Below are positions 1-12,190 of a stretch of DNA of 57,447 nt, piece by piece; position 1 is the stretch's first letter, and each line of letters starts with the position of its first letter. The DNA lies in the NCBI RefSeq assembly GCF_004010195.1, contig NW_025215125.1, positions 1 through 57,447 of the forward strand, given 5' to 3'. The position numbers were made by a program, and so were the translations under genes. The notes beneath the pieces were generated by a model. That model saw only the letters and a program-made list of their open reading frames with translations. It was not told the DNA's origin and did no database searches. Source of the stretch: Chiloscyllium plagiosum. Taxonomy: Eukaryota.

Positions 1-795
1 GGGTTAAAGTTCACTTTCCTTCATGACCCCTCCAGCAAATTGGAATCATTCCTAAAGCAAAGAACGTGGAAGAGAGAAAAATAAAAGAGAACGACAAAGA
101 GCAAAACGAGAGAGGGAGAAAGAAAATTACAGAGAGAGAAAAAAGACAGAAATGATGATGATAGGATGAGGTCATGGGGGTGGTGAGGCTACATTGACTG
201 AAATGTAAACCAGGACTAAATCAGGTGGGATAGAAATGAGGTTAGAGACCAGAGGGAGTCATCCCAGACAGAAAGACACAAAATGTTGAGCAGAGTAGTG
301 AGTGAGCCAGTGACATTGCCACCATCTTCAAATGTCACAGTTAAAGTGGAATTGGAATCAATGAATACCTTCACTAAAACCCACTGCCTGGACTCTCTAA
401 CCTTCAGACTCAATGGAGCCAATCAGAAACCATTCATCTCCCTCTGCTCAACAAAATTTAACTAACAGCATTTGGTTACTAGAGTAACATGCTTTCAGTG
501 AATTAAAAACAAGCTGTGCCTCTTGAGTAATACTGCTGCCAAAATAACTAGGAACTCGATCGAGCAATGTTATAGTTCTGTTTACATTGGAGCCTACAGC
601 CTCAGTGTGCGGCAGCCATCGAGTCAGGAATTCCCTGCTCTGTGCATCACTTCCTCACTGAACTCTCAGGGCAGCACCAACATACCACCAAACTCCACCC
701 TGCTGCAAGATCACACAACACACCGCGCTGTCTGCTCTGTTGGTTCACCAGCTGAGACAGGATACAGATTAAAACAAACTGTGAGACACACTCAC

Positions 796-909
796 CATAT
801 CGCTGAACTTCAAAGGTTTTATTGTAGCTGTAACCCTGCAGCTGTACGAATATCATCCACTCTCCCAGCACAGGCTGCTCTGATAATGGAAAGCTCATAT
901 TAACAACGC
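796..909 (-). CDS. CPAMD8: Internal coding exon (114 bp, phase 1-1) of a CPAMD8-like gene (alpha-2-macroglobulin/C3 family, MG2 region)
   Basis: Minus strand reads TTTGCTTTATTTCAG|GCGTTGTT...CGATATG|GTGAGT, with canonical acceptor and donor. Translation (G)[37 protein letters not shown](V) has no stops and closely resembles CPAMD8 as I recall it ([39 protein letters not shown]). Ortholog versus paralog is not resolved. Confidence 0.88.
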
Positions 910-1234
910 CTGAAATAAAGCAAAGACAAATGATTATTTTTCTGGAGACAGTGGGATTTGTCATACAATAAATGTGTTCTAAATGAATCTTCAATTACAC
1001 AGGAACCCCCTGGAATTCTGGTGAGCACTGTGAGGGATGTCAGACACAATGTGCTGAGTATCTATCCATGGTCCCACTCACACCAAGAGTAGCCAACCAT
1101 CAGTTAGGTCATGTCTGAAAATGCAGCCTGACATTGGGGCCACAGATTGAGCAGAAATGTGAAGCTGAGCAACCAGCTCTCTGCAGGAGTAAAGCCTCCC
1201 ATTACACCCTCATTCACTCACTCTCTCTCACTCT

Positions 1235-4200
1235 CTCACACACACACACAAATACCCCACCACACACACACACACACACATACCCCACCACACACACACA
1301 CATACCCCACCACACACACACATATACCCCACCACACACACACACATATACCCCACCCCACACACACACACATATACCCCACCCCACACACACACACATA
1401 TACCCCACCCCACACACACACACATATACCCCACCCCACACACACACACATATACCCCACCCCACACACACACACATATACCCCACCCCACACACACACA
1501 CATATACCCCACCCCACACACACACACATATACCCCACCCCACACACACACACATATACCCCACCCCACACACACACACATATACCCCACCCCACACACA
1601 CACACATATACCCCACCCCACACACACACACATATACCCCACCCCACACACACACACATATACCCCACCCCACACACACACACATATACCCCACCCCACA
1701 CACACACACATATACCCCACCCCACACACACACACATATACCCCACCCCACACACACACACATATACCCCACCCCACACACACACACATATACCCCACCC
1801 CACACACACACACATATACCCCACCCCACACACACACACATATACCCCACCCCACACACACACACATATACCCCACCCCACACACACACACATATACCCC
1901 ACCCCACACACACACACATATACCCCACCCCACACACACACACATATACCCCACCCCACACACACACACATATACCCCACCACACACACATATACCCCAC
2001 CACACACACATATACCCCACCACACACACATATACCCCACCACACACACATATACCCCACCACACACACATATACCCCACCACACACACATATACCCCAC
2101 CACACACACATATACCCCACCACACACACATATACCCCACCACACACACATATACCCCACCACACACACATATACCCCACCACACACACATATACCCCAC
2201 CACACACACATATACCCCACCACACACACATATACCCCACCACACACACATATACCCCACCACACACACATATACCCCACCACACACACATATACCCCAC
2301 CACACACACATATACCCCACCACACACACATATACCCCACCACACACACATATACCCCACCACACACACATATACCCCACCACACACACATATACCCCAC
2401 CACACACACATATACCCCACCACACACACATATACCCCACCACACACACATATACCCCACCACACACACATATACCCCACCACACACACATATACCCCAC
2501 CACACACACATATACCCCACCACACACACATATACCCCACCACACACACATATACCCCACCACACACACATATACCCCACCACACACACATATACCCCAC
2601 CACACACACATATACCCCACCACACACACATATACCCCACCACACACACATATACCCCACCACACACACATATACCCCACCACACACACATATACCCCAC
2701 CACACACACATATACCCCACCACACACACATATACCCCACCACACACACATATACCCCACCACACACACATATACCCCACCACACACACATATACCCCAC
2801 CACACACACATATACCCCACCACACACACATATACCCCACCACACACACATATACCCCACCACACACACATATACCCCACCACACACACATATACCCCAC
2901 CACACACACATATACCCCACCACACACACATATACCCCACCACACACACATATACCCCACCACACACACATATACCCCACCACACACACATATACCCCAC
3001 CACACACACATATACCCCACCACACACACATATACCCCACCACACACACATATACCCCACCACACACACATATACCCCACCACACACACATATACCCCAC
3101 CACACACACATATACCCCACCACACACACATATACCCCACCACACACACATATACCCCACCACACACACATATACCCCACCACACACACATATACCCCAC
3201 CACACACACATATACCCCACCACACACACATATACCCCACCACACACACATATACCCCACCACACACACATATACCCCACCACACACACATATACCCCAC
3301 CACACACACATATACCCCACCACACACACATATACCCCACCACACACACATATACCCCACCACACACACATATACCCCACCACACACACATATACCCCAC
3401 CACACACACATATACCCCACCACACACACATATACCCCACCACACACACATATACCCCACCACACACACATATACCCCACCACACACACATATACCCCAC
3501 CACACACACATATACCCCACCACACACACATATACCCCACCACACACACATATACCCCACCACACACACATATACCCCACCACACACACATATACCCCAC
3601 CACACACACATATACCCCACCACACACACATATACCCCACCACACACACATATACCCCACCACACACACATATACCCCACCACACACACATATACCCCAC
3701 CACACACACATATACCCCACCACACACACATATACCCCACCACACACACATATACCCCACCACACACACATATACCCCACCACACACACATATACCCCAC
3801 CACACACACATATACCCCACCACACACACATATACCCCACCACACACACATATACCCCACCACACACACATATACCCCACCACACACACATATACCCCAC
3901 CACACACACATATACCCCACCACACACACATATACCCCACCACACACACATATACCCCACCACACACACATATACCCCACCACACACACATATACCCCAC
4001 CACACACACATATACCCCACCACACACACATATACCCCACCACACACACATATACCCCACCACACACACATATACCCCACCACACACACATATACCCCAC
4101 CACACACACATATACCCCACCACACACACATATACCCCACCACACACACATATACCCCACCACACACACATATACCCCACCACACACACATATACCCCAC

Positions 4201-5160
4201 CACACACACATATACCCCACCACACACACATATACCCCACCACACACACATATACCCCACCACACACACATATACCCCACCACACACACATATACCCCAC
4301 CACACACACATATACCCCACCACACACACATATACCCCACCACACACACATATACCCCACCACACACACATATACCCCACCACACACACATATACCCCAC
4401 CACACACACATATACCCCACCACACACACATATACCCCACCACACACACATATACCCCACCACACACACATATACCCCACCACACACACATATACCCCAC
4501 CACACACACATATACCCCACCACACACACATATACCCCACCACACACACATATACCCCACCACACACACATATACCCCACCACACACACATATACCCCAC
4601 CACACACACATATACCCCACCACACACACATATACCCCACCACACACACATATACCCCACCACACACACATATACCCCACCACACACACATATACCCCAC
4701 CACACACACATATACCCCACCACACACACATATACCCCACCACACACACATATACCCCACCACACACACATATACCCCACCACACACACATATACCCCAC
4801 CACACACACATATACCCCACCACACACACATATACCCCACCACACACACATATACCCCACCACACACACATATACCCCACCACACACACATATACCCCAC
4901 CACACACACATATACCCCACCACACACACATATACCCCACCACACACACATATACCCCACCACACACACATATACCCCACCACACACACATATACCCCAC
5001 CACACACACATATACCCCACCACACACACATATACCCCACCACACACACATATACCCCACCACACACACATATACCCCACCACACACACATATACCCCAC
5101 CACACACACATATACCCCACCACACACACATATACCCCACCACACACACATATACCCCAC
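1235..5160. repeat. CA-rich minisatellite: ~24 copies of a 26-bp unit (CCCCACCCCACACACACACACATATA, ~1351-1974), then ~159 identical copies of a 20-bp unit (CACACACACATATACCCCAC, ~1981-5160)
   Basis: Periodicity is directly visible. It explains the five 1300-1400 aa low-complexity ORFs. Confidence 0.98.
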
Positions 5161-5169
5161 CTACTATGC

Positions 5170-5625
5170 TTATTGCATTAAAACTACAAGTCCCTCTGTG
5201 TTCATCCTCCGCTTTCGGCCTGCTCTTCCCCTCAGTCATGCTGATTTCATTATTTAGTTACTTAGGCTTTAGTTACTACGTCCTTTCTGTTCACCAAACA
5301 GATTTGTTTCCCGATCCCCTGCCACATTAGTTTAAACCCTTCCCAACAGCGTTAGCAAATGCACTCCATGGGCTCCAGTCCTACCCAGATGTAGACCATC
5401 CAATTTATAATAGTCCCACCTTCCCCAGAACCGGTCCCAATATCCCAAATATTTGGAACCCCTCCCTCCTGCACCATCTCTCAAGCCACATATTCTTCCT
5501 GATTATTCTATCTTTGCTACTCTGACTAGCACTTGACACTGGTAGCAATCCTGAGATTACTACCTCCGATGTCCTACTTTAAGTTCGTTCCTAAATCCCT
5601 AATTTTTTTCTTGTAGGACCTCATG
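5170..5625 (-). mobile_element. CR1 LINE fragment (ORF1 3' part and ORF1/ORF2 junction)
   Basis: Resembles 26240-26670 of the CR1 in this window (tagtttaaa...cccaaca; tagtcccacctt...ccagaac; tctctcaagcca; tagcaatcc.gagat). Confidence 0.75.
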
Positions 5626-5959
5626 CCGACTGCACATTAATGTAGGGAGCAATCATTCAGGCACATAAAGTATTAGGGATACTATATTAGACTGATGAAT
5701 GGACTCTGTAATAATGATGATCTTGTTCATGTTGATCTTTTTTTCATGTCCTGCGTATTGTAACCTGCACGCCTTACTCTGTCCAAGTTTATTTTTCACC
5801 CTATGATCTGTGTGTCCTTGCTTACTGTCATCTGTCTGTACTGCTCGCAAATAAAGCTTTCACTGGACTTAGGCACATGCGACAATAAATCGAATGAATT
5901 AATTATTTCTCACAATAACAGTGTCTCTTTTAGAAATATGTGATAGTCGTTAACCCTCA

Positions 5960-6900
5960 CGTTTCAGCGTAATTATCCCTCTTTGTCTCCTAGCACGACA
6001 GATTAATTACTCAGTTCCATCACTGTCTCCTCATGGAGATATCATCTCATGGATTAGACTGCTAATGCTTGCTTGAGTTGCGTCAGTGTTAATGAGATCT
6101 GCCTTACAAAGGAGATCATACTTCTTCACAGTGCCCTAAATACTCTCTCATCAAGGCCCTACAAATACGGGAAGACGACTTTCCTTTGCACTTGAATCAT
6201 ATTACAATGAAGGACAGCATATTGTTTCAGATGCTCAATACTTACGGCCTTGGATGTGCTATTTTTGGTGATCCATGATCAAGAACATTCGGGTCCTTTT
6301 GAAAAGCAACACTTCTCAACCTTGTATAATTTAATCAATGCAAAATGAGATGCATACTGTTTATTTCTCACATCAAAATCATTTCTGTGCCTTCCAAATT
6401 TTTATGGTTCAAACACTGAAACTTGAGTAACTGTCTTCAGTCCCTAAAAGGGCAAGAAGCTCTGTATTGCTTCCACTGACCAATTCTCAATCCATGTGGT
6501 ATATCCAGATCACCCCGTCTGCATCTTATCAATGTACTCCAACTTCCTTTGTTCACTTGTTAGAAACAATGTAAAAATGTATTCTGCAAATTCAAATACA
6601 CCACTCCCAATCTTTCTCTTTTGTGGATGCATCAACTAACACAATCTCCACAGGTTTCTCAACGATGATTTCCGGTTTCTAAATCTAAGCTGACTGCACC
6701 AAGTCACATCATGATTTCCCAGGTGTCGAGTTATAAAATTTCTCATAAAAGGTTCTAATATTTTCCTCAGACCTAACATCAAGGTACCTTTTTTTTGTTT
6801 TACCTCCTACGCCGGTTTTAAATAATTAGGATTACAATCACTACTTTCCAGTCTGCAGGAATGAGAATTTCCAGAGTCTAAAGAAATTTGTCGGGTAATC
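5960..6900 (-). mobile_element. Highly degraded CR1 ORF2 fragments
   Basis: Patchy similarity to the antisense CR1 RT and 3' region seen at 49551-50950. Confidence 0.45.
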
Positions 6901-6914
6901 AATACTTCTTTCTT

Positions 6915-7064
6915 GTCGTTACAACATTTAAAAGACATTTGGATAAGTACATGAATAGCAAAGGTTTGGACGGATATGGGCTGAAAATGTGTTGCTGGAA
7001 AAGCGCAGCAGGTCAGGCAGCATCAAAGGAGCAGGAGAATCGACGTTTCAGGCAGAGGCCCTTC
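6915..7064. mobile_element. CR1 3' end (+, ~6915-6982) followed by a Penelope pseudo-LTR end (-, ~6983-7064) that runs into a gap
   Basis: acaacatttaaaagacatttggataagtacatgaatag is a CR1 3' motif. The reverse complement of 6983-7064 reads GAAGGGCCTCTGCCTGAAACGTCGATTCTCCTGCTCC..., the 3' half of a hammerhead plus pLTR, related to 21552-21640. Confidence 0.7.
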
Positions 7065-7263
7065 NNNNNNNNNNNNNNNNNNNNNNNNNNNNNNNNNNNN
7101 NNNNNNNNNNNNNNNNNNNNNNNNNNNNNNNNNNNNNNNNNNNNNNNNNNNNNNNNNNNNNNNNNNNNNNNNNNNNNNNNNNNNNNNNNNNNNNNNNNNN
7201 NNNNNNNNNNNNNNNNNNNNNNNNNNNNNNNNNNNNNNNNNNNNNNNNNNNNNNNNNNNNNNN
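7065..7263. other. Assembly gap (N run)
   Basis: Ns in sequence. Confidence 0.97.
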
Positions 7264-7329
7264 NGTTGTGGAACTATGTAGTCTACATATTAGAAGAAAT
7301 ACATTTGGACATTTGAAAAGATCGCTAAC

Positions 7330-8220
7330 TCATTCCTCATTTCTTAACGACCAACACACACCTTCCAGAAGAAGTAGCATTTCACTTGTACCCTTTAAAT
7401 CCAGCCTCCTGTCATTGCTGCTCACAATTCAGTCTCCTTTAAATTGGGGAGACCAAACAGAGACTGTATTGAGGAACACTCCCACTCTGTCTGTAGGAAT
7501 AACCCTGACCCTCTCATTGTTTCCGATTTCAATAACCTACCTTGCTCTCATGCTAACATTTCAGTCCTGGGCAGCTGCAATGTTCCAATGAAGCACAACC
7601 CAGGCTCGAGTAACACCTCACATTTTACTTTGGTACGTTACAGCCTGTAGGAGTTAGTATTCAATTCCATAACTTCACAGCACGACGCCATTATGGCTGT
7701 TCTCAAATCTTCATACATTCCTTCTCTTGGTCTCCCAATGAACTTGCCTTATTTGTGAATCGTTTGTCTCAATTAAGGAACCCAATTCCCCCCCGTTGCA
7801 ATCTAATGTATACTCATTTTACATTTGATTCTCTTTTACCACAAACAAAAGGCCGTTCGTCAGTGGCAGTGCACCTCCACACCGTCTGTTTCCCGTCACC
7901 CCTCCACTACCTCTGCAAGGGATTAAAAAGCCCTTTTTACAATCTTTTACTGTTATGAAGAAGTGTCACACTGGACTTGAAACGCTAACTCTGTTTCTCT
8001 GTCTCTGTACATGCTGCAGATCTGCTGTGTTTCTCCAGAAATAAACAAAACACATTTTCAATAAAACAAATAACTGTTGATACCGAAAATCTGAAGCCAG
8101 AACAAAAAAAGAATATGTGAGCCTTGAAGAACGATGACTGGAACCAGTGATTAACTCTCCTTTCACTCCACAGATGCTGCCAGACCTGCTTAACTTCCCC
8201 ACCAATTTCTGTTTTTCAAC
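7330..8220 (+). mobile_element. Degraded Penelope-like element (GIY-YIG remnant and pLTR pieces)
   Basis: attggggagaccaaacagagactg (IGETKQRL) near 7443. Degenerate hammerhead-like ATGAAGA...GAAACGCT near 7955-7986. pLTR-type motif gatgctgccagacctgct near 8172. Confidence 0.6.
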
Positions 8221-8619
8221 ACGTTTCAAAGATGTGTGTCAACGTTGCTCAAACCCCCTGTCCAACCTGGATGTGAAAGATAACACAAGATGCACAAATT
8301 CATTGGTTCTGAAACGACGTAAGGCTGGCATCACTGACACTACAGAGCTCTTACTCTTAGGGAGAGAAACAGGGGAGATGTATTCACTCGAAACACAGAA
8401 GGTAGCACATACTGTAAGGGAAAGGATTCAGATGAATATATTAAAGCGTGTTGTGGAATGAGACAAACTGTAAGTGTGACACCATGGAGAGACCCTCAGT
8501 GGAATGAGAATATAAAACTGGACATGTACCCTATCAGAAACTGAGTAGGTCACTGAGTACATGGCTGATGGGTGAATGGGTCTCAGTGTGAACTGGGCAA
8601 CAGGCAGCAGAACTGTATT

Positions 8620-9320
8620 AAAGATATTCCAGCTCAAACCGTGTATTCCATGTGGTGCTGTAGACCACAGCAACAGCAACAGCAGAATTATATAAAACTA
8701 TAATCCCTCACACGACCATTACCATCAAGCTGATCTATGCTTCAGTGACGAGTAAGGGTAAACATGCCAGGGTCAGAACCATGTGTACCTAAAACTGTTG
8801 ACATCCTGTTTAAGCTACCACACCCTGTTAAAGCTACCACACTTGACTGGTTACATTCCAAAAAGCAGAACTAACATCTGATAGAAAGGGCACAATGATC
8901 CCAAGACTAACAGATCAGATCGAAGCTCAGCAGTCCTGCCAAACCCAGTCATAAATGGATTAATCAACTCACTGCAGGAGAAGGTCATATACATGTCCCC
9001 ATCCTAAATAATGGAACAGCCCTGCATATCAGTGCAATAGACAAGGAATCGTATCTACATCATACTCAGCCAGAAGTGTTGAGTTTATGATTCAACTCAC
9101 CTCGTCAGAATGCCCACAGCATCACAGATGGCAGTTTTCAAATAATTTGATTCGCTCTATGTGACGTGAAGAAACATCTGAACACAGTAGATATGACATA
9201 GGCAATATACAACAAGTCCTGTTTCTGGGGAAGCTGTTTCATTCCATTTCCGATTCTGACACCTATCTGGCAATGTGGAAAATTACTATGATAAGTCCCT
9301 TAAGAGGCAAATAATTACAG
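8620..9320 (+). mobile_element. Old degraded LINE ORF2 fragment (L2/CR1 group)
   Basis: Recognised by eye from motifs such as cagatcagatcgaagctcagcagtcctgcc and ttgattcgctctatgtgacgtgaagaaac. No intact frame. Confidence 0.5.
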
Positions 9321-9678
9321 TATGACCAAAGCAGCACAAAATTTACCTGTTCAGTGTGGTTTCTGATAGTTCCCCATGTGGAGATGGTGCTGTTGAGGAA
9401 ATGTCACTGGATTACTAATCCAGACCAGGATAATGCTCTGGTACCTGGTGGAAATTAAAAGCAAATAATATAATGTTGAGACCGAAAATTTGGTGTCAGT
9501 AACAGTGACCTTGAAGCCAATGTTGGTTGCAAACAATGCACTTTCAGGAAGTGAATCTCCCGTGCTTTCCTGGTCTGACCTAAGAGTGACTCCAGACACA
9601 GAGACATTTGATAAACTCTTCACTGGTCTCTGAAACAGTCAAACAAGTCATTTAATTGTATCAAACTGATCCGTTGTC

Positions 9679-9969
9679 TTAGGTTAAATTATTTACAGTG
9701 TGGAAACAGGCTCTTTGGCCCAACAAGTCCACACCGAACCGCTGCCCACCCAGACCCATTTCCCCCTTCGCGTAACTCTACGGGCAATTGAGCATGGCCA
9801 ATTCACAACCCTTTTGGATTGTGGGAGGAAACCGGAGCACTCGGAGGAAACCTGCAGACACGGGGAGAATGTACTAATTCCAAACAGTCAATCGCCTGAG
9901 GCGGGAATTGAACGCAGGTCTCTGGCGCTGTGAGGCAGCAGTGCTAACCACTGTGCCACCGTGCCACCC
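9679..9969 (-). mobile_element. HE1-type tRNA-derived SINE
   Basis: Minus strand head GGTGGCACGGTGGCACAGTGGTTAGC (A box) ... GTTCAATTCC (B box). Similar to 55547-55864. Confidence 0.92.
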
Positions 9970-9978
9970 ACAATCCGA

Positions 9979-10051
9979 CGCCCGAGTGGGGACTCGAACA
10001 CTGGACCCTCAGATTAAGAGTCGAATGCTCTACCGACTGAGCTACCCGGTG
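9979..10051 (-). pseudogene. tRNA-Lys (anticodon CTT) pseudogene
   Basis: Reverse complement is CACCGGGTAGCTCAGTCGGTAGAGCATTCGACTCTTAATCTGAGGGTCCAGTGTTCGAGTCCCCACTCGGGCG (73 nt). The D arm is typical of tRNA-Lys and the anticodon lies at 10016-10018. There are mismatches in the acceptor, anticodon and T stems, no CCA and no T-run terminator. Confidence 0.88.
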
Positions 10052-10689
10052 TTGAATGATAACCCGACAGAACAGCTGGCACCAGCCTCGTTATCAGAAA
10101 AGGAGATGGGAATCACAGTCCTGTTGACCCTGCAGAGACCTCCTTCCTAACATCTGAGAGCTTGTGACAACATTGACAGAGCTTTCCCACAGACTGCACA
10201 GAAACATCAGGAACGGAGTAGGTCATTCAACACAGTGAGCCTCCCGCATTCTCATCATCATCGAGGATCTCCTCATTGCATTTCTCCTACAGCAGACTGA
10301 GATATATTGCAATTGATTCCGTCAAACAAATGTTTGAGATGTTTGCGAATAGCTAATACCCAAGGACATATTCCTGAGATACACCACGAGCCTTCGTCTC
10401 CAAAAGGATCCTTTCATTCCAGTGTTTCCGGACCAAGGGCTGCTTTGATGGAGCTTGTATACTCTGACCTGCTTTCTTTTTCTTATTTTCTCCCCCACTT
10501 TTTTTCCCTGGAACAGATCAGAGATGCTTCCTTCAACTGATTCCTGCAATGAAGCTGTTAACTGACAAGGGGAGGATTATCAGGTTGATCCAAAACGCAT
10601 TAGAAATTACAAAAATAAAAAGTGACCTTATTTTTACGTAGAAGACTGGAAAGAATCAGCAACAGAAGTCAATTACACTGCCAAGTCCA

Positions 10690-11420
10690 TTTCTCCAGCC
10701 TATAACACAGGAAGCAACAGGTTATTCAGGACTTCGACCCTGTAACACCAGAACTGGACGAGGTTATTCAGCCCTTGAATCCTGTTATAAATTACAGGAG
10801 GAGGCCAAACAGCCCCTTGAGTCGATAACACTGCACGCAGAATAGGCCATGAGGCACCAGTATCCTGTTATGCAGCAACAGGATCAATCCATTCAGCCTC
10901 CTCATGTCTCTACACAGGAACTGGAAGAGAGTGGTACACTAGAATAACAGGAGGACATTCAGCACGAGAATAAAAGAAGGAGATAAAATTATTTGAGACT
11001 TCTTACGGAAAGGTGGAGATAATTCACCCATGTGTCTGTTGTATGGGAACAGAAGACGACAAATCACTCCTTCGATCCCATTTCAGGGATGCAGGAGGTC
11101 ATTGTTCAGTATCTCGAGCCTGCTGTGAAGGAATATGAAGAGACCTTTCAGCCCCTCAAAATGTTGCACAACAACACGAAAATTCCACAATCCGTCAGGA
11201 ATCTGACTTTTATCAGGAGGAAGAGAAGCAGAATTTGAATCTGTAATTCAGGACATTCCGGCCATCGAGACTATAATGTAGGAACACCATGGGGACATTC
11301 AGCCCGTTGAGCGTATAAACCAGGAACTGAGTGAACCCATTCAGACACTCATGCCTATTACACAGCGAATGGAGCAGATCTTTTAAAGCTTTGTACCTGT
11401 TTCAGAGGAACATGGGAAAT
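10690..11420. repeat. Degenerate ~40-bp tandem repeat (consensus ~ACAGGAACAGGAGGAGGCCATTCAGCCCCTCGAGCCTGTT)
   Basis: Recurrent attcagccc/gagcctg/acaggaa motifs at roughly 40-bp spacing. Confidence 0.7.
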
Positions 11421-11629
11421 GTAATATAGAGGATACAGAAAAATTTGGAATTAGGATAATCAGCTTCACTTGTCAATAACAGTTTGTGAGCAAACTGTTG
11501 GGAATTAAGATAATTTGTGAGACTCCATTATTAATTAATTAACAACAGCGGATTTGCAAAGTAAATACACCAGAATCAGCATTTTCTAAGCATTTGTTTG
11601 CACAAATTCTTCAAAGATGTGACATGCAA

Positions 11630-12190
11630 AGTAGGCAGCAGGGATCCTGGAGAAATAAAGTACCTGGACTTTGGAAAGGCATTGATTAAACGCTGCACAA
11701 AATATTAAGCTGTAAAATAAGAGGACATGGGTTTGGGAGGAAGTTATTCGCCTGGATAGAGGGCTGGTGAGCCAACAAAATGCAGAGAGATGGAACAGTT
11801 GTTTCGTTAGTGGTTGGCAACTTTTGGGATTCCATAGAGTTCAGACCACATGACCCGACAATTTACCATCCATTGTATTATTTGGATGAGAGGAGAGAAA
11901 ACACTACAGCCACATTTTCAGCTGATACTAAAACAAGTGAAAATGTAGGTTGATGTAATGAAGATGTAGAACATTTACAAATGGACATGAACAGTTTAGC
12001 TGAATGTGCCAACATCTGGCAGCAAAAATTTAACGTGGATAATATGGGATTAACCATTTTGATCAGAGGGATCTAACATGTTCTGGGAATGGAGAGCAAC
12101 TTCAGAGTGCTTACGTGCACAGGCATCTGGGTGTCCTTGTGCATACCTCAGAAACCTCACATGCAGATACAGCAGGGATTGAGAAAAGCT
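11630..12190 (+). mobile_element. Degraded CR1 reverse transcriptase fragment
   Basis: tacctggactttggaaaggca (YLDF.KA) and ttttcagctgatactaaa (FADDTK-like). Confidence 0.7.

Larger units (their letters stand above)
9380..10195 (+). mobile_element. Old repeat with a SINE-like head running into a LINE-like endonuclease start, interrupted by the SINE+tRNA block at 9679-10051
   Basis: 9380-9678 resembles the SINE at 44335-44690. 10052-10195 (cctgttgaccctgcagagacctccttcctaacatctg) matches my recollection of the continuation of this repeat family. Confidence 0.55.

Noticed and set aside
1351..5160. CRISPR-like array
   Set aside because: No unique spacers and no cas genes; the context is eukaryotic.
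1134..5330. 1300-1400 aa His/Thr/Pro- or Val/Cys/Gly-rich ORFs
   Set aside because: The minisatellite unit lacks stops in every frame, so ORFs appear on both strands. They are not genes.
9979..10051. Functional tRNA-Lys gene
   Set aside because: Multiple stem mismatches (acceptor, anticodon, T arm) and no terminator.
11642..11660. Possible CPAMD8 DP... exon acceptor (CTTTATTTCTCCAG|GATCCC on the minus strand)
   Set aside because: The translation DPCCLLCMSH does not match, and the site lies in a CR1 RT remnant.
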